Shown one piece after another: positions 38,801-53,800 of a DNA stretch of 64,000 bases. Under the pieces are notes generated by a model. That model saw only the letters and a list, made by a program, of their open reading frames with translations. It did no database searches and was not told where the DNA came from. How positions within the stretch are numbered: position 1 is the first letter of the stretch; the number at the start of each line of letters is the position of its first letter. The position numbers and the translations under genes are program-made. The DNA is from the human T2T-CHM13v2.0 reference genome, Homo sapiens: assembly GCF_009914755.1 (NCBI RefSeq), contig NC_060946.1. One strand, written 5' to 3'.

Positions 38801-41800
38801 TTAACTCTTGTCTAGGCTGTGCCCACAGGGGGATTGAGACATATCTCTGCACTGATCCCGAGGTGATACAACTCTTGCCTGGTGTCTGCCTACTGTGGAC
38901 ATTGTGACATATCTCTGCACTGATCTCCCAGGTGCTGTAACTTTAGTCAAGGCTCTGGCTACACGGCATTGTGACATATCACTGCACTGATCACCCAGGC
39001 GGTATAACTCTTCTCTAGGATCTGACCACATTGTGCTTTGTGACATATCACTGCAATGATCACCCAGGTGATATACCACTTGCCAAGGCTCTGCCTACAG
39101 GGGCATTGCAATGTATCTCTGCACTGATCACCTAGGTCTTGTAGCTATTTTCTAGGATCTGCCTACATGGTGCTTTGTGACGTGTCCCAGCAAGGATTAC
39201 CCAGGTGATGTACCTCTCATCAAGGCTCTGCCTACAGGCACATTGTGATGTATCTCTGCACTGATCACCTAGGTCATGTAAATTTTGTCTAGGCTCTACC
39301 TACGATGGCATTGTGACATATCTCTGCACTAATCATCCAAGTGATGTAACTCTTGTCTAGGATGTGCCTAAATTAACTTTTTGACATAACCCTGTACTGA
39401 TCATCCAGGTGATGGAGCTTTTGTCTAGGCTCTGCCTAAGGGGGCATTGTGACATATTTCTGCATTGATCACCCAGGTGGCGAACTCTTCTCTCGGATCT
39501 GCCTATGGGGGCATCGTGAGAAATCTCTGCACTGATCACCCAGGTGATGTAACTGTTGTGTAACCTCTGCCTACAGGGGAATTGTGAGAGATCTCGTCAC
39601 TGATTACCCAAGTGATGTAACCGTTGTCTAGGCTTTGCATACAGGGGGCTTTGTGACATACCTTTGCACTGATCACTCAGGTGATGTAACACATCTAAGA
39701 TCGGCCTAAAGGAGCTTTGTGACATACCTCTGCACTGATCACTTAGGTGATGTAACACTTTTATAATCACTGCCTACAGGGAATTTTGACAAACCTCTGC
39801 ACTGATCACCTAGGTGATGTAACTCTTGTCTACCCTCTGTCCAACGGGGCATTGTGAAATATCTCTGCACTGATCACCCAGGTGATTCAACTCTTGACTA
39901 GGAACTGCCTACAGAGGTTATTGTGAAATATCTCTGCACTGATAAACTAGGTGGTGTAACCCTTGTCCAAGCTCTGCCTACAGGGGCGTTTCCACATATC
40001 CCTGAACTGATGACAGAGGTGATGTAACTCTTGCCTAGGCTTTGCCTACAGGGAACATTGGACATATATCTGCACTGATCACCCAGGTGATGCAACTCTT
40101 GCCTAGGCTTTGCCTACAGGGGACATTGTGACATATCTCTTCAATGATCACTCATGTGATGCATCTCTTGCCTAGGCTTTGCCTACAGGGGACATTGTGA
40201 CATATCTCTGCACTGATCTCCCAGGTGCTGTAATTTTAGTCTAGGCTCTGGCTACACGGCATTGTGACATATCACTGCACTGATCAACCAGGTGATATAA
40301 CTCTTGTATAGGCTCTGCCTACAGGGGGATTGTGACCTACCTCTGCACTGATCACCCAGGGGATATAACTCTTCTCTAGCACCTTCCTACAGGGTACTTT
40401 GTGACATATCCCTGCATTGATCACCCAGGTGATCTATCTCTGGTCTAAGCTCTGCCTAAAGGGGCATTGTGACAGATCTCTGCACTGATCACTCAGGTGA
40501 TGTAAGTATTGTCTAGGCTCTGCTTCAAGGGGCCTTGTCACATATCCCTGCACTGATCACCCAGGTGATGTAACTCTTGTCTAGGCTCTGCTTCCAGGGC
40601 ATATTGTGACATATCTATGCACTGATCACCTTAGTGATGTAACACTTTGGTAGGCTCGGCCTACAGGGGAATCTTGACATATCTCTGCACTGTTAACCGA
40701 GGTGATTTAACTCTTGTCTAGGCTGTGCCCACAGGGGGATTGAGACATATCTCTGCACTGATCCCGAGGTGATACAACTCTTGCCTGGTGTCTGCCTACT
40801 GTGGACATTGTGACATATCTCTGCACTGATCTCCCAGGTGCTGTAACTTTAGTCAAGGCTCTGGCTACACGGCATTGTGACATATCACTGCACTGATCAC
40901 CCAGGCGGTATAACTCTTCTCTAGGATCTGACCACATTGTGCTTTGTGACATATCCCTGCAATGATCACCCAGGTGATATACCACTTGCCAAGGCTCTGC
41001 CTACAGGGGCATTGCAATGTATCTCTGCACTGATCACCTAGGTCTTGTAGCTATTTTCTAGGATCTGCCTACATGGTGCTTTGTGACGTGTCCCAGCAAG
41101 GATTACCCAGGTGATGTACCTCTCATCAAGGCTCTGCCTACAGGCACATTGTGATGTATCTCTGCACTGATCACCTAGGTCATGTAAATTTTGTCTAGGC
41201 TCTACCTACGATGGCATTGTGACATATCTCTGCACTAATCATCCAAGTGATGTAACTCTTGTCTAGGATGTGCCTAAATTAACTTTTTGACATAACCCTG
41301 TACTGATCATCCAGGTGATGGAGCTTTTGTCTAGGCTCTGCCTAAGGGGGCATTGTGACATATTTCTGCATTGATCACCCAGGTGGCGAACTCTTCTCTC
41401 GGATCTGCCTATGGGGGCATTGTGAGAAATCTCTGCACTGATCACCCAGGTGATGTAACTGTTGTGTAACCTCTGCCTACAGGGGAATTGTGAGAGATCT
41501 CGTCACTGATTACCCAAGTGATGTAACCGTTGTCTAGGCTTTGCATACAGGGGGCTTTGTGACATACCTTTGCACTGATCACTCAGGTGATGTAACACAT
41601 CTAAGTTCGGCCTAAAGGAGCTTTGTGACATACCTCTGCACTGATCACTTAGGTGATGTAACACTTTTATAATCACTGCCTACAGGGAATTTTGACAAAT
41701 CTCTGCACTGATCACCTAGGTGATGTAACTCTTGTCTACCCTCTGTCCAACTTGACATTGTGAAATATCTCTGCACTGATCACCCAGGTGATTCAACTCT

Positions 41801-44800
41801 TGACTAGGAACTGCCGACAGAGGTTATTGTGAAATATCTCTGCACTGATAAACTAGGTGGTGTAACCCTTGTCCAAGCTCTGCCTACAGGGGCGTTTCCA
41901 CATATCCCTGAACTGATGACAGAGGTGATGTAACTCTTGCCTAGGCTTTGCCTACAGGGAACATTGGACATATATCTGCACTGATCACCCAGGTGATGCA
42001 ACTCTTGCCTAGGCTTTGCCTACAGGGGACATTGTGACATATCTCTTCAATGATCACTCATGTGATGCATCTCTTGCCTAGGCTTTGCCTACAGGGGACA
42101 TTGTGACATATCTCTGCACTGATCTCCCAGGTGCTGTAACTTTAGTCTAGGCTCTGGCTACACGGCATTGTGACATATCACTGCACTGATCAACCAGGTG
42201 ATATAACTCTTGTATAGGATCTGCCTACAGGGGGATTGTGACCTACCTCTGCACTGATCACCCAGGGGATATAACTCTTCTCTAGCACCTTCCTACAGGG
42301 TACTTTGTGACATATCCCTGCATTGATCACCCAGGTGATCTATCTCTGGTCTAAGCTCTGCCTAAAGGGGCATTGTGACAGATCTCTGCACTGATCACTC
42401 AGGTGATGTAAGTATTGTCTAGGCTCTGCTTCAAGGGGCCTTGTCACATATCCCTGCACTGATCACCCAGGTGATGTAACTCTTGTCTAGGCTCTGCTTC
42501 CAGGGCATATTGTGACATATCTATGCACTGATCACCTTAGTGATGTAACACTTTGGTAGGCTCGGCCTACAGGGGAATCTTGACATATCTCTGCACTGTT
42601 AACCGAGGTGATTTAACTCTTGTCTAGGCTGTGCCCACAGGGGGATTGAGACATATCTCTGCACTGATCCCGAGGTGATACAACTCTTGACTGGTCTCTG
42701 CCTACTGTGGACATTGTGACATATCTCTGCACTGATCTCCCAGGTGCTGTAACTTTAGTCTAGGCTCTGGCTACACGGCATTGTGACATATCACTGCACT
42801 GATCACCCAGGCGATATAACTCTTCTCTAGGATCTGACCACAGGGTGCTTTGTGACATATCCCTGCAATGATCACCCAGGTGATATACCACTTGCCAAGG
42901 TTCTGCCTACAGGGGCATTGCAATGTATCTCTGCACTGATCACCTAGGTCTTGTAGCTATTTTCTAGGATCTGCCTACAGGGTGCTTTGTGACGTGTCCC
43001 AGCAAGGATTACCCATGTGATGTACCTCTCATCAAGGCTCTGCCTACAGGCACGTTGTGATGTATCTCTGCACTGATCACCTAGGTCATGTAAATTTTGT
43101 CTAGGCTCTACCTACGATGGCATTGTGACATATCTCTGCACTAATCATCCAAGTGATGTAACTCTTGTCTAGGATGTGCCTAAATTAACTTTTTGACATA
43201 ACCCTGTACTGATCATCCAGGTGATGGAGCTTTTGTCTAGGCTCTGCCTAAGGGGTCATTGTGACATATTTCTGCATTGATCACCCAGGTGGCGAACTCT
43301 TCTCTCGGATCTGCCTATGGGGGCATTGTGAGAAATCTCTGCACTGATCACCCAGGTGATGTAACTGTTGTGTAAACTCTGCCTACAGGGGAATTGTGAG
43401 AGATCTCGACACTGATTACCCAAGTGATGTAACCGTTGTCTAGGCTTTCATACAGGGGGCTTTGTGACATACCTTTGCACTGATCACCCAGGTGATGTAA
43501 CACATCTAAGTTCGGCCTAAAGGAGCTTTGTGACATATCTCTGCACTGATCGCTTAGGTGATGTAACACTTTTATAATCACTGCCTACAGGGAATTTTGA
43601 CAAACCTCTGCACTGATCACCTAGGTGATGTAACTCTTGTCTACCCTCTGTCCAACGGGGCATTGTGAAATATCTCTGCACTGATCACCCAGGTGATTCA
43701 ACTCTTGACTAGGAACTGCCTACAGAGGTTATTGTGAAATATCTCTGCACTGATAAACTAGGTGGTGTAACCCTTGTCCAAGCTCTGCCTACAGGGGCGT
43801 TTCCACATATCCCTGAACTGATGACAGAGGTGATGTAACTCTTGCCTAGGCTTTGCCTACAGGGAACATTGGACATATATCTGCACTGATCACCCAGGTG
43901 ATGCAACTCTTGCCTAGGCTTTGCCTACAGGGGACATTGTGACATATCTCTTCAATGATCACTCATGTGATGCATCTCTTCCCTAGGCTTTGCCTACAGG
44001 GGACATTGTGACATATCTCTGCACTGATCTCCCAGGTGCTGTAACTTTAGTCTAGGCTCTGGCTACACGGCATTGTGACATATCACTGCACTGATCAACC
44101 AGGTGATATAACTCTTGTATAGGCTCTGCCTACAGGGGGATTGTGACCTACCTCTGCACTGATCACCCAGGTGATATAACTCTTCTCTAGGATCTTCCTA
44201 CAGGGTACTTTGTGACATATCCCTGCACTGATCACCCAGGTGATCTATCTCTGGTCTAAGCTCTGCCTAAAGGGGCATTGTGACAGATCTCTGCACTGAT
44301 CACTCAGGTGATGTAAGTATTGTCTAGGCTCTGCTTCAAGGGGCCTTGTCACATATCTCTGCACTGATCACCCAGGTGATGTAACTCTTGTCTAGGCTCT
44401 GCTTCCAGGGCATATTGTGACATATCTATGCACTGATCACCTTAATGATGTAACACTTTGGTAGGCTCGGCCTACAGGGGAATCTTGACATATCTCTGCA
44501 CTGTTAACCGAGGTGATTTAACTCTTGTCTAGGCTGTGCCCACAGGGGTATTGAGACTGCACTGATCCCGAGGTGATACAACTCTTGCCTGGTCTCTGCC
44601 TACTGTGGACATTGTGACATATCTCTGCACTGATCTCCCAGGTGCTGTAACTTTAGTCTAGGCTCTGGCTACACGGCATTGTGACATATCACTGCACTGA
44701 TCACCCAGGCGATATAACTCTTTTCTAGGATCTGACCACAGGGTGCTTTGTGACATATCCCTGCAATGATCACCCAGGTGATATACCACTTGCCAAGGCT

Positions 44801-47800
44801 CTGCCTACAGGGGCATTGCAATGTATCTCTGCACTGATCACCTAGGTCTTGTAGCTATTTTCTAGGATCTGCCTACAGGGTGCTTTGTGACGTGTCCCAG
44901 CAAGGATTACCCAGGTGATGTACCTCTCATCAAGGCAGTGCCTACAGGCAAATTGTGATGTATCTCTGCACTGATCACCTAGGTCATGTAACTTTTTTCT
45001 AGGCTCTACCTACGATGGCATTGTGACATATCTCTGCACTAATCATCCAAGTGATGTAACTCTTGTCTAGGATGTGCCTAAATTAACTTTTTGGCATAAC
45101 CCTGTACTGATCATCCAGGTGATGGAGCTTTTGTCTAGGCTCTGCCTAAGGGGGCATTGTGACATAATTCTGCATTGATCCCCCAGGTGGCGAACTCTTC
45201 TCTCGGATCTGCCTATGGGGGCATCGTGAGAAATCTCTGCACTGATAACCCAGGTGATGTAACTGTTGTGTAACCTCTGCCTACAGAGGAATTGTGAGAG
45301 ATCTCGTCACTGATTACCCAAGTGATGTAACCGTTGTCTAGGCTTTGCATGCAGGGGGCTTTGTGACATACCTTTGCACCGATCACCCAGGTGATGTAAC
45401 ACATCTAACTTCGGCCTAAAGGAGCTTTGTGACATATCTCTGCACTGATCACTTAGGTGATGTAACACTTTTATAATCACTGCCTACAGGGAATTTTGAC
45501 AAATCTCTGCACTGATCACCTAGGTGATGTAACTCTTGTCTACCCTCTGTCCAACGGGGCATTGTGAAATATCTCTGCACTGATCACCCAGGTGATTCAA
45601 CTCTTGACTAGGAACTGCCTACAGAGGTTATTGTGAAATATCTCTGCACTGATAAACTAGGTGGTGTAACCCTTGTCCAAGCTCTGCCTACAGGGGCGTT
45701 TCCACATATCCCTGAACTGATGACAAAGGTGATGTAACTCTTGCCTAGGCTTTGCCTACAGGGAACAATGGACATATATCTGCACTGATCATCCAGGTGA
45801 TGCAACTCTTGCCTAGGCTTGGCCTACAGGGGACATCGTGACATATCACTTCAATGATCACTCATGTGATGCATCTCTTGCCTAGGCTTTGCCTACAGGG
45901 GACATTGTGACATATCTCTGCACTGATCTCCCAGGTGCTGTAACTTTAGTCTAGGCTCTGGCTACACGGCATTGTGACATATCACTGCACTGATCAACCA
46001 GGTGATATAACTCTTGTATAGGCTCTGCCTACAGGGGGATTGTGACCTACCTCTGCACTGATCACCCAGGTGATATAACTCTTCTCTAGGATCTTCCTAC
46101 AGGGTACTTTGTGACATATCCCTGCACTGATCACCCAGGTGATCTATCTCTGGTCTAAGCTCTGCCTAAAGGGGCATTGTGACAGATCTCTGCACTGATC
46201 ACTCAGGTGATGTAAGTATTGTCTAGGCTCTGCTTCAAGGGGCCTTGTCACATATCTCTGCACTGATCATCCAGGTGATGTAACTCTTGTCTAGGCTCTG
46301 CTTCCAGGGCATATTGTGACATATCTATGCACTGATCACCTTAGTGATGTAACACTTTGGTAGGCTCGGCCTACAGGGGAATCTTGACATATCTCTGCAC
46401 TGTTAACCGAGGTGATTTAACTCTTGTCTAGGCTGTGCCCACAGGGGGATTGAGACATATCTCTGCACTGATCACGAGGTGATACAACTCTTGCCTGGTC
46501 TCTGCCTACTGTGGACATTGTGACATATCTCTGCACTGATCTCCCACGTGCTGTAACTTTAGTCTAGGCTCTGGCTACATGGCATTGTGACATATCACTG
46601 CACTGATCACCCAGGCGATATAACTGTTCTTTAGGATCTGACCACAGGGTGCTTTGTGACATATCCCTGCAATGATCACCCAGGTGATATACCACTTGCC
46701 AAGGCTCTGCCTACAGGGGCATTGCAATGTATCTCTGCACTGATCACCTAGGTCTTGTAGCTATTTTCTAGGATCTGCCTACAGGGTGCTTTGTGACGTG
46801 TCCCAGCAAGGATTACCCAGGCGATGTACCTCTCATCAAGGCTCTGCCTACAGGCACATTGTGATGTATCTCTACACTGATCACCTAGGTCATGGAAATT
46901 TTGTCTAGGCTCTACCTACGATGGCATTGTGACATATCCCTGCACTAATCATCCAAGTGATGTAACTCTTGTCTAGGATGTGCCTAAATTAACTTTTTGA
47001 CATAACCCTGTACTGATCATCCAGGTGATGGAGCTTTTGTCTAGGCTCTGCCTAAGGGGGCATTGTGACATATTTCTGCATTGATCCCCCAGGTGGCGAA
47101 CTCTTCTCTCGGATCTGCCTATGGGGGCATTGTGAGACATCTCTGCACTGATCACCCAGGTGATGTAACTGTTGTGTAACCTCTGCCTACAGGGGAATTG
47201 TGAGAGATCTCGCCATTGATTACCCAAGTGATGTAACCGTTGTCTAGGCTTTGCGTACAGGGGGCTTTGTGACATACCTTTGCACTGATCACCCAGGTGA
47301 TGTAACACACCTAAGTTCGGCCTAAAGGAGCTTTGTGACATATCTCTGCACTGATCGCTTAGGTGATGTAACACTTTTATAATCACTGCCTACAGGGAAT
47401 TTTGACAAATCTCTGCACTGATCACCTAGGTGATGTAACTCTTGTCTACCCTCTGTCCAACGGGGCATTGTGAAATATCTCTGCACTGATCACCCAGGTG
47501 ATTCAACTCTTGTCTAGGAACTGCCTACAGAGGTTATTGTGAAATATCTCTGCACTGATAAACTAGGTGGTGTAACCCTTGTCCAAGCTCTGCCTACAGG
47601 GGCGTTTCCACATATCCCTGAACTGATGACAGAGGTGATGTAACTCTTGCCTACGCTTTGCCTACAAGGAACATTGGACCTATATCTGCACTGATCACCC
47701 AGGTGATGCAACTCTTGCCTAGGCTTTGCCTACAGGGGACATTGTGACATATCTCTTCAATGATCACTCATGTGATGCATCTCTTGCCTAGGCTTTGCCT

Positions 47801-50800
47801 ACAGGGGACATTGTGACATATCTCTGCACTGATCTCCCAGGTGCTGTAACTTTAGTCTAGGCTCTGGCTACACGGCATTGTGACATATCACTGCACTGAT
47901 CAACCAGGTGATAAAACTCTTGTATAGGCTCTGCCTACAGGGGGATTGTGACCTACCTCTGCACTGATCACCCAGGTGATATAACTCTTCTCTAGGATCT
48001 TCCTACAGGGTACTTTGTGACATATCCCTGCACTGATCACCCAGGTGATCTATCTCTGGTCTAAGCTCTGCCTAAAGGGGCATTGTGACAGATCTCTGCA
48101 CTGATCACTCAGGTGATGTAAGTATTGTCTAGGCTCTGCTTCAAGGGGCCTTGTCACATATCTCTGCACTGATCACCCAGGTGATGTAACTCTTGTCTAG
48201 GCTCTGCTTCCAGGGCATATTGGGACATATCTATGCACTGATCACCTTAGTGATGTAACACTTTGGTAGGCTCGGCCTACAGGGGAATCTTGACATATCT
48301 CTGCACTGTTAACCGAGGTGATTTAACTCTTGTCTAGGTTGTGCCCACAGGGGGATTGAGACATATCTCTGCACTGATCCCGAGGTGATACAACTCTTGC
48401 CTGGTCTCTGCCTACTGTGGACATTGTGACATATCTCTGCACTGATCTCCCAGGTGCTGTAACTTTAGTCTAGGCTCTGGCTACACGGCATTGTGACATA
48501 TCACTGCACTGATCACCCAGGCGATATAACTCTTCTCTAGGATCTGACCACAGGGTGCTTTGTGACATATCCCTGCAATGATCACCCAGGTGATATACCA
48601 CTTGCCAAGGCTCTGCCTACAGGGGCATTGCAATGTATCTCTGCACTGATCACCTAGGTCTTGTAGATATTTTCTAGGATCTGCCTACAGGGTGCTTTGT
48701 GACGTGTCCCAGCAAGGATTACCCAGGTGATGTACCTCTCATCAAGGCTCTGCCTACAGGCACATTGTGATGTATCTCTGCACTGATCACCTAGGTCATG
48801 TAAATTTTGTCTAGGCTCTACCTACGATGGCATTGTGACATATCTCTGCACTAATCATCCAAGTGATGTAACTCTTGTCTAGGATGTGCCTAAATTAACT
48901 TTTTGACATAACCCTGTACTGATCATCCAGGTGATGGAGCTTTTGTCTAGGCTCTGCCTAAGGGGGCATTGTGACATATTTCTGCATTGATCCCCCAGGT
49001 GGCGAACTCTTCTCTCGGATCTGCCTATGGGGGCATTGTGAGAAATCTCTGCACTGATCACCCAGGTGATGTAACTGTTGTGTAACCTCTGCCTACAGGG
49101 GAATTGTGAGAGATCTCGTCACTGATTACCCAAGTGATGTAACCGTTGTGTAGGCTTTGCGTACAGGGGGCTTTGTGACATACCTTTTCACTGATCACCC
49201 AGGTGATGTAACACATCTAAGTTCGGCCTAAAGGAGCTTTGTGACATATCTCTGCACTGATCGCTTAGGTGATGTAACACTTTTATAATCATTGCCTACA
49301 GGGAATTTTGACAAATCTCTGCACTGATCACCTAGGTGATGTAACTCTTGTCTACCCTCTGTCCAACGGGGCATTGTGAAATATCTCTGCACTGATCACC
49401 CAGGTGATTCAACTCTTGACTAGGAACTGCCTACAGAGGTAATTGTGAAATATCTCTGCACTGATAAACTAGGTGGTGTAACCCTTGTCAAAGCTCTGCC
49501 TACAGGGGCGTTTCCACATATCCCTGAACTGATGACAGAGGTGATGTAACTCTTGCCTAGGCTTTGCCTACAGGGAACATTGGACCTATATCTGCACTGA
49601 TCACCCAGGTGATGCAACTCTTGCCTAGGCTTTGCCTACAGGGGACATTGTGACATATCTCTTCAATGATCACTCATGTGATGCATCTCTTGCCTAGGCT
49701 TTGCCTACAGGGGACATTGTGACATATCTCTGCACTGATCTCCCAGGTGCTGTAAGTTTAGTCTAGGCTCTGGCTACACGGCATTGTGACATATCACTGC
49801 ACTGATCAACCAGGTGATAAAACTCTTGTATAGGCTCTGCCTACAGGGGGATTGTGACCTACCTCTGCACTGAGCACCCAGGTGATATAACTCTTCTCTA
49901 GGATCTTCCTACAGGGTACTTTGTGACATATCCCTGCACTGATCAACCAGGTGATCTATCTCTGGTCTAAGCTCTGCCTAAAGGGGCATTGTGACAGATC
50001 TCTGCACTGATCACTCAGGTGATGTAAGTATTGTCTAGGCTCTGCTTCAAGGGGCCTTGTCACATATCTCTGCACTGATCACCCAGGTGATGTAACTCTT
50101 GTCTAGGCTCTGCTTCCAGGGCATATTGTGACATATCTATGCACTGATCACCTTAGTGATGTAACACTTTGGTAGGCTCGGCCTACAGGGGAATCTTGAC
50201 ATATCTCTGCACTGTTAACCGAGGTGATTTAACTCTTCTCTAGGTTGTGCCCACAGGGGGATTGAGACATATCTCTGCACTGATCCCGAGGTGATACAAC
50301 TCTTGCCTGGTCTCTGCCTACAGTGGACATTGTGACATATCTCTGCACTGATCTCCCAGGTGCTGTAACTTTAGTCTAGGCTCTGGCTACACGGCATTGT
50401 GACATATCACTGCACTGATCACCCAGGCGATATAACTCTTCTCTAGGATCTGACCACAGGGTGCTTTGTGACATATCCCTGCAATGATCACCCAGGTGAT
50501 ATACCACTTGCCAAGGCTCTGCCTACAGGGGCATTGCAATGTATCTCTGCACTGATCACCTAGGTCTTGTAGATATTTTCTAGGATCTGCCTACAGGGTG
50601 TTTTGTGACGTGTCCCAGCAAGGATTACCCAGGTGATGTACCTCTCATCAAGGCTCTGCCTACAGGCACATTGTGATGTATCTCTGCACTGATCACCTAG
50701 GTCATGTAAATTTTGTCTAGGCTCTACCTACGATGGCATTGTGACATATCTCTGCAGTAATCATCCAAGTGATGTAACTCTGGTCTAGGATGTGCCTAAA

Positions 50801-53800
50801 TTAACTTTTTGACATAACCCTGTACTGATCATCCAGGTGATGGAGCTTTTGTCTAGGCTCTGCCTAAGGGGGCATTGTGACATATTTCTGCATTGATCCC
50901 CCAGGTGGCGAACTCTTCTCTCGGATCTGCCTATGGGGGCATTGTGAGAAATCTCTGCACTGATCACCCAGGTGATGTAACTGTTGTGTAACCTCTGCCT
51001 ACAGGGGAATTGTGAGAGATCTCGCCACTGATTACCCAAGTGATGTAACCGTTGTCTAGGCTTTGCGTACAGGGGGCTTTGTGACATACCTTTGCACTGA
51101 TCACCCAGGTGATGTAACACATCGAAGTTCGGCCTAAAGGAGCTTTGTGACATATCTCTGCACTGATCGCTTAGGTGATGTAACACTTTTATAATCATTG
51201 CCTAGAGGGAATTTTGACAAATCTCTGCACTGATCACCTAGGTGATGTAACTCTTGTCTACCCTCTGTCCAACGGGGCATTGTGAAATATCTCTGCACTG
51301 ATCACCCAGGTGATTCAACTCTTGACTAGGAACTGCCTACAGAGGTAATTGTGAAATATCTCTGCACTGATAAACTAGGTGGTGTAACCCTTGTCAAAGC
51401 TCTGCCTACAGGGGCGTTTCCACATATCCCTGAACTGATGACAGAGGTGATGTAACTCTTGCCTAGGCTTTGCCTACAGGGAACATTGGACCTATATCTG
51501 CACTGATCACCCAGGTGATGCAACTCTTGCCTACGCTTTGCCTACAGGGGACATTGTGACATATCTCTTCAATGATCACTCATGTGATGCATCTCTTGCC
51601 TAGGCTTTGCCTACAGGGGACATTGTGACATATCTCTGCACTGATCTCCCAGGTGCTGTAACTTTAGTCTAGGCTCTGGCTACACGGCATTGTGACATAT
51701 CACTGCACTGCTCAACCAGGTGATAAAACACTTGTATAGGCTCTGCCTACAGGGGGATTGTGACCTACCTCTGCACTGAGCACCCAGGTGATATAACTCT
51801 TCTCTAGGATCTTCCTACAGGGTACTTTGTGACATATCCCTGCACTGATCACCCAGGTGATCTATCTCTGGTCTAAGCTCTGCCTAAAGGGGCATTGTGA
51901 CAGATCTCTGCACTGATCACTCAGGTGATGTAAGTATTGTCTAGACTCTGCTTCAAGGGGCCTTGTCACATATCTCTGCACTGATCACCCAGGTGATGTA
52001 ACTCTTGTCTAGGCTCTGCTTCCAGGGCATATTGTGACATATCTATGCACTGATCACCTTAGTGATGTAACACTTTGGTAGGCTCGGCCTACAGGGGAAT
52101 CTTGACATATCTCTGCACTGTTAACCGAGGTGATTTAACTCTTCTCTAGGTTGTGCCCACAGGGGGATTGAGACATATCTCTGCACTGATCCCGAGGTGA
52201 TACAACTCTTGCCTGGTCTCTGCCTACTGTGGACATTGTGACATATCTCTGCACTGATCTCCCAGGTGCTGTAACTTTAGTCTAGGCTCTGGCTACACGG
52301 CATTGTGACATATCACAGCACTGATCACCCAGGCGATATAACTCTTCTCTAGGATCTGACCACAGGGTGCTTTGTGACATATCCCTGCAATGATCACCCA
52401 GGTGATATACCACTTGCCAAGGCTCTGCCTACAGGGGCATTGCAATGTATCTCTGCACTGATCACCTAGGTCTTGTAGATATTTTCTAGGATCTGCCTAC
52501 AGGGTGTTTTGTGACGTGTCCCAGCAAGGATTACCCAGGTGATGTACCTCTCATCAAGGCTCTGCCTACAGGCACATTGTGATGTATCTCTGCACTGATC
52601 ACCTAGGTCATGTAAATTTTGTCTAGGCTCTACCTACGATGGCATTGTGACATATCTCTGCACTAATCATCCAAGTGATGTAATTCTGGTCTAGGATGTG
52701 CCTAAATTAACTTTTTGACATAACCCTGTACTGATCATCCAGGTGATGGAGCTTTTGTCTAGGCTCTGCCTAAGGGGGCATTGTGACATATTTCTGCATT
52801 GATCCCCCAGGTGGCGAACTCTTCTCTCGGATCTGCCTATGGGAGCATTGTGAGAAATCTCTGCACTGATCACCCAGGTGATGTAACTGTTGTGTAACCT
52901 CTGCCTACAGGGGAATTGTGAGAGATCTCGCCACTGATTACCCAAGTGATGTAACCGTTGTCTAGGCTTTGCGTACAGGGGGCTTTGTGACATACCTTTG
53001 CACTGATCACCCAGGTGATGTAACACATCGAAGTTCGGCCTAAAGGAGCTTTGTGACATATCTCTGCACTGATCGCTTAGGTGATGTAACAGTTTTATAA
53101 TCATTGCCTACAGGGAATTTTGACAAATCTCTGCACTGATCACCTAGGTGATGTAACTCTTGTCTACCCTCTGTCCAACGGGGCATTGTGAAATATCTCT
53201 GCACTGATCACCCAGGTGATTCAACTCTTGACTAGGAACTGCCTACAGAGGTAATTGTGAAATATCTCTGCACTGATAAACTAGGTGGTGTAACCCTTGT
53301 CAAAGCTCTGCCTACAGGGGCGTTTCCACCTATCCCTGAACTGATGACAGAGGTGATGTAACTCTTGCCTAGGCTTTGCCTACAGGGAACATTGGACCTA
53401 TATCTGCACTGATCACCCAGGTGATGCAACTCTTGCCTAGGCTTTGCCTACAGGGGACATTGTGACATATCTCTTCAATGATCACTCATGTGATGCATCT
53501 CTTGCCTAGGCTTTGCCTACAGGGGACATTGTGACATATCTCTGCACTGATCTCCCAGGTGCTGTAAGTTTAGTCTAGGCTCTGGCTACACGGCATTGTG
53601 ACATATCACTGCACTGATCAACCAGGTGATAAAACTCTTGTATAGGCTCTGCCTACAGGGGGATTGTGACCTACCTCTGCACTGATCACCCAGGTGATAT
53701 AACTCTTCTCTAGGATCTTCCTACAGGGTACTTTGTGACATATCCCTGCACTGATCACCCAGGTGATCTATCTCTGGTCTAAGCTCTGCCTAAAGGGGCA

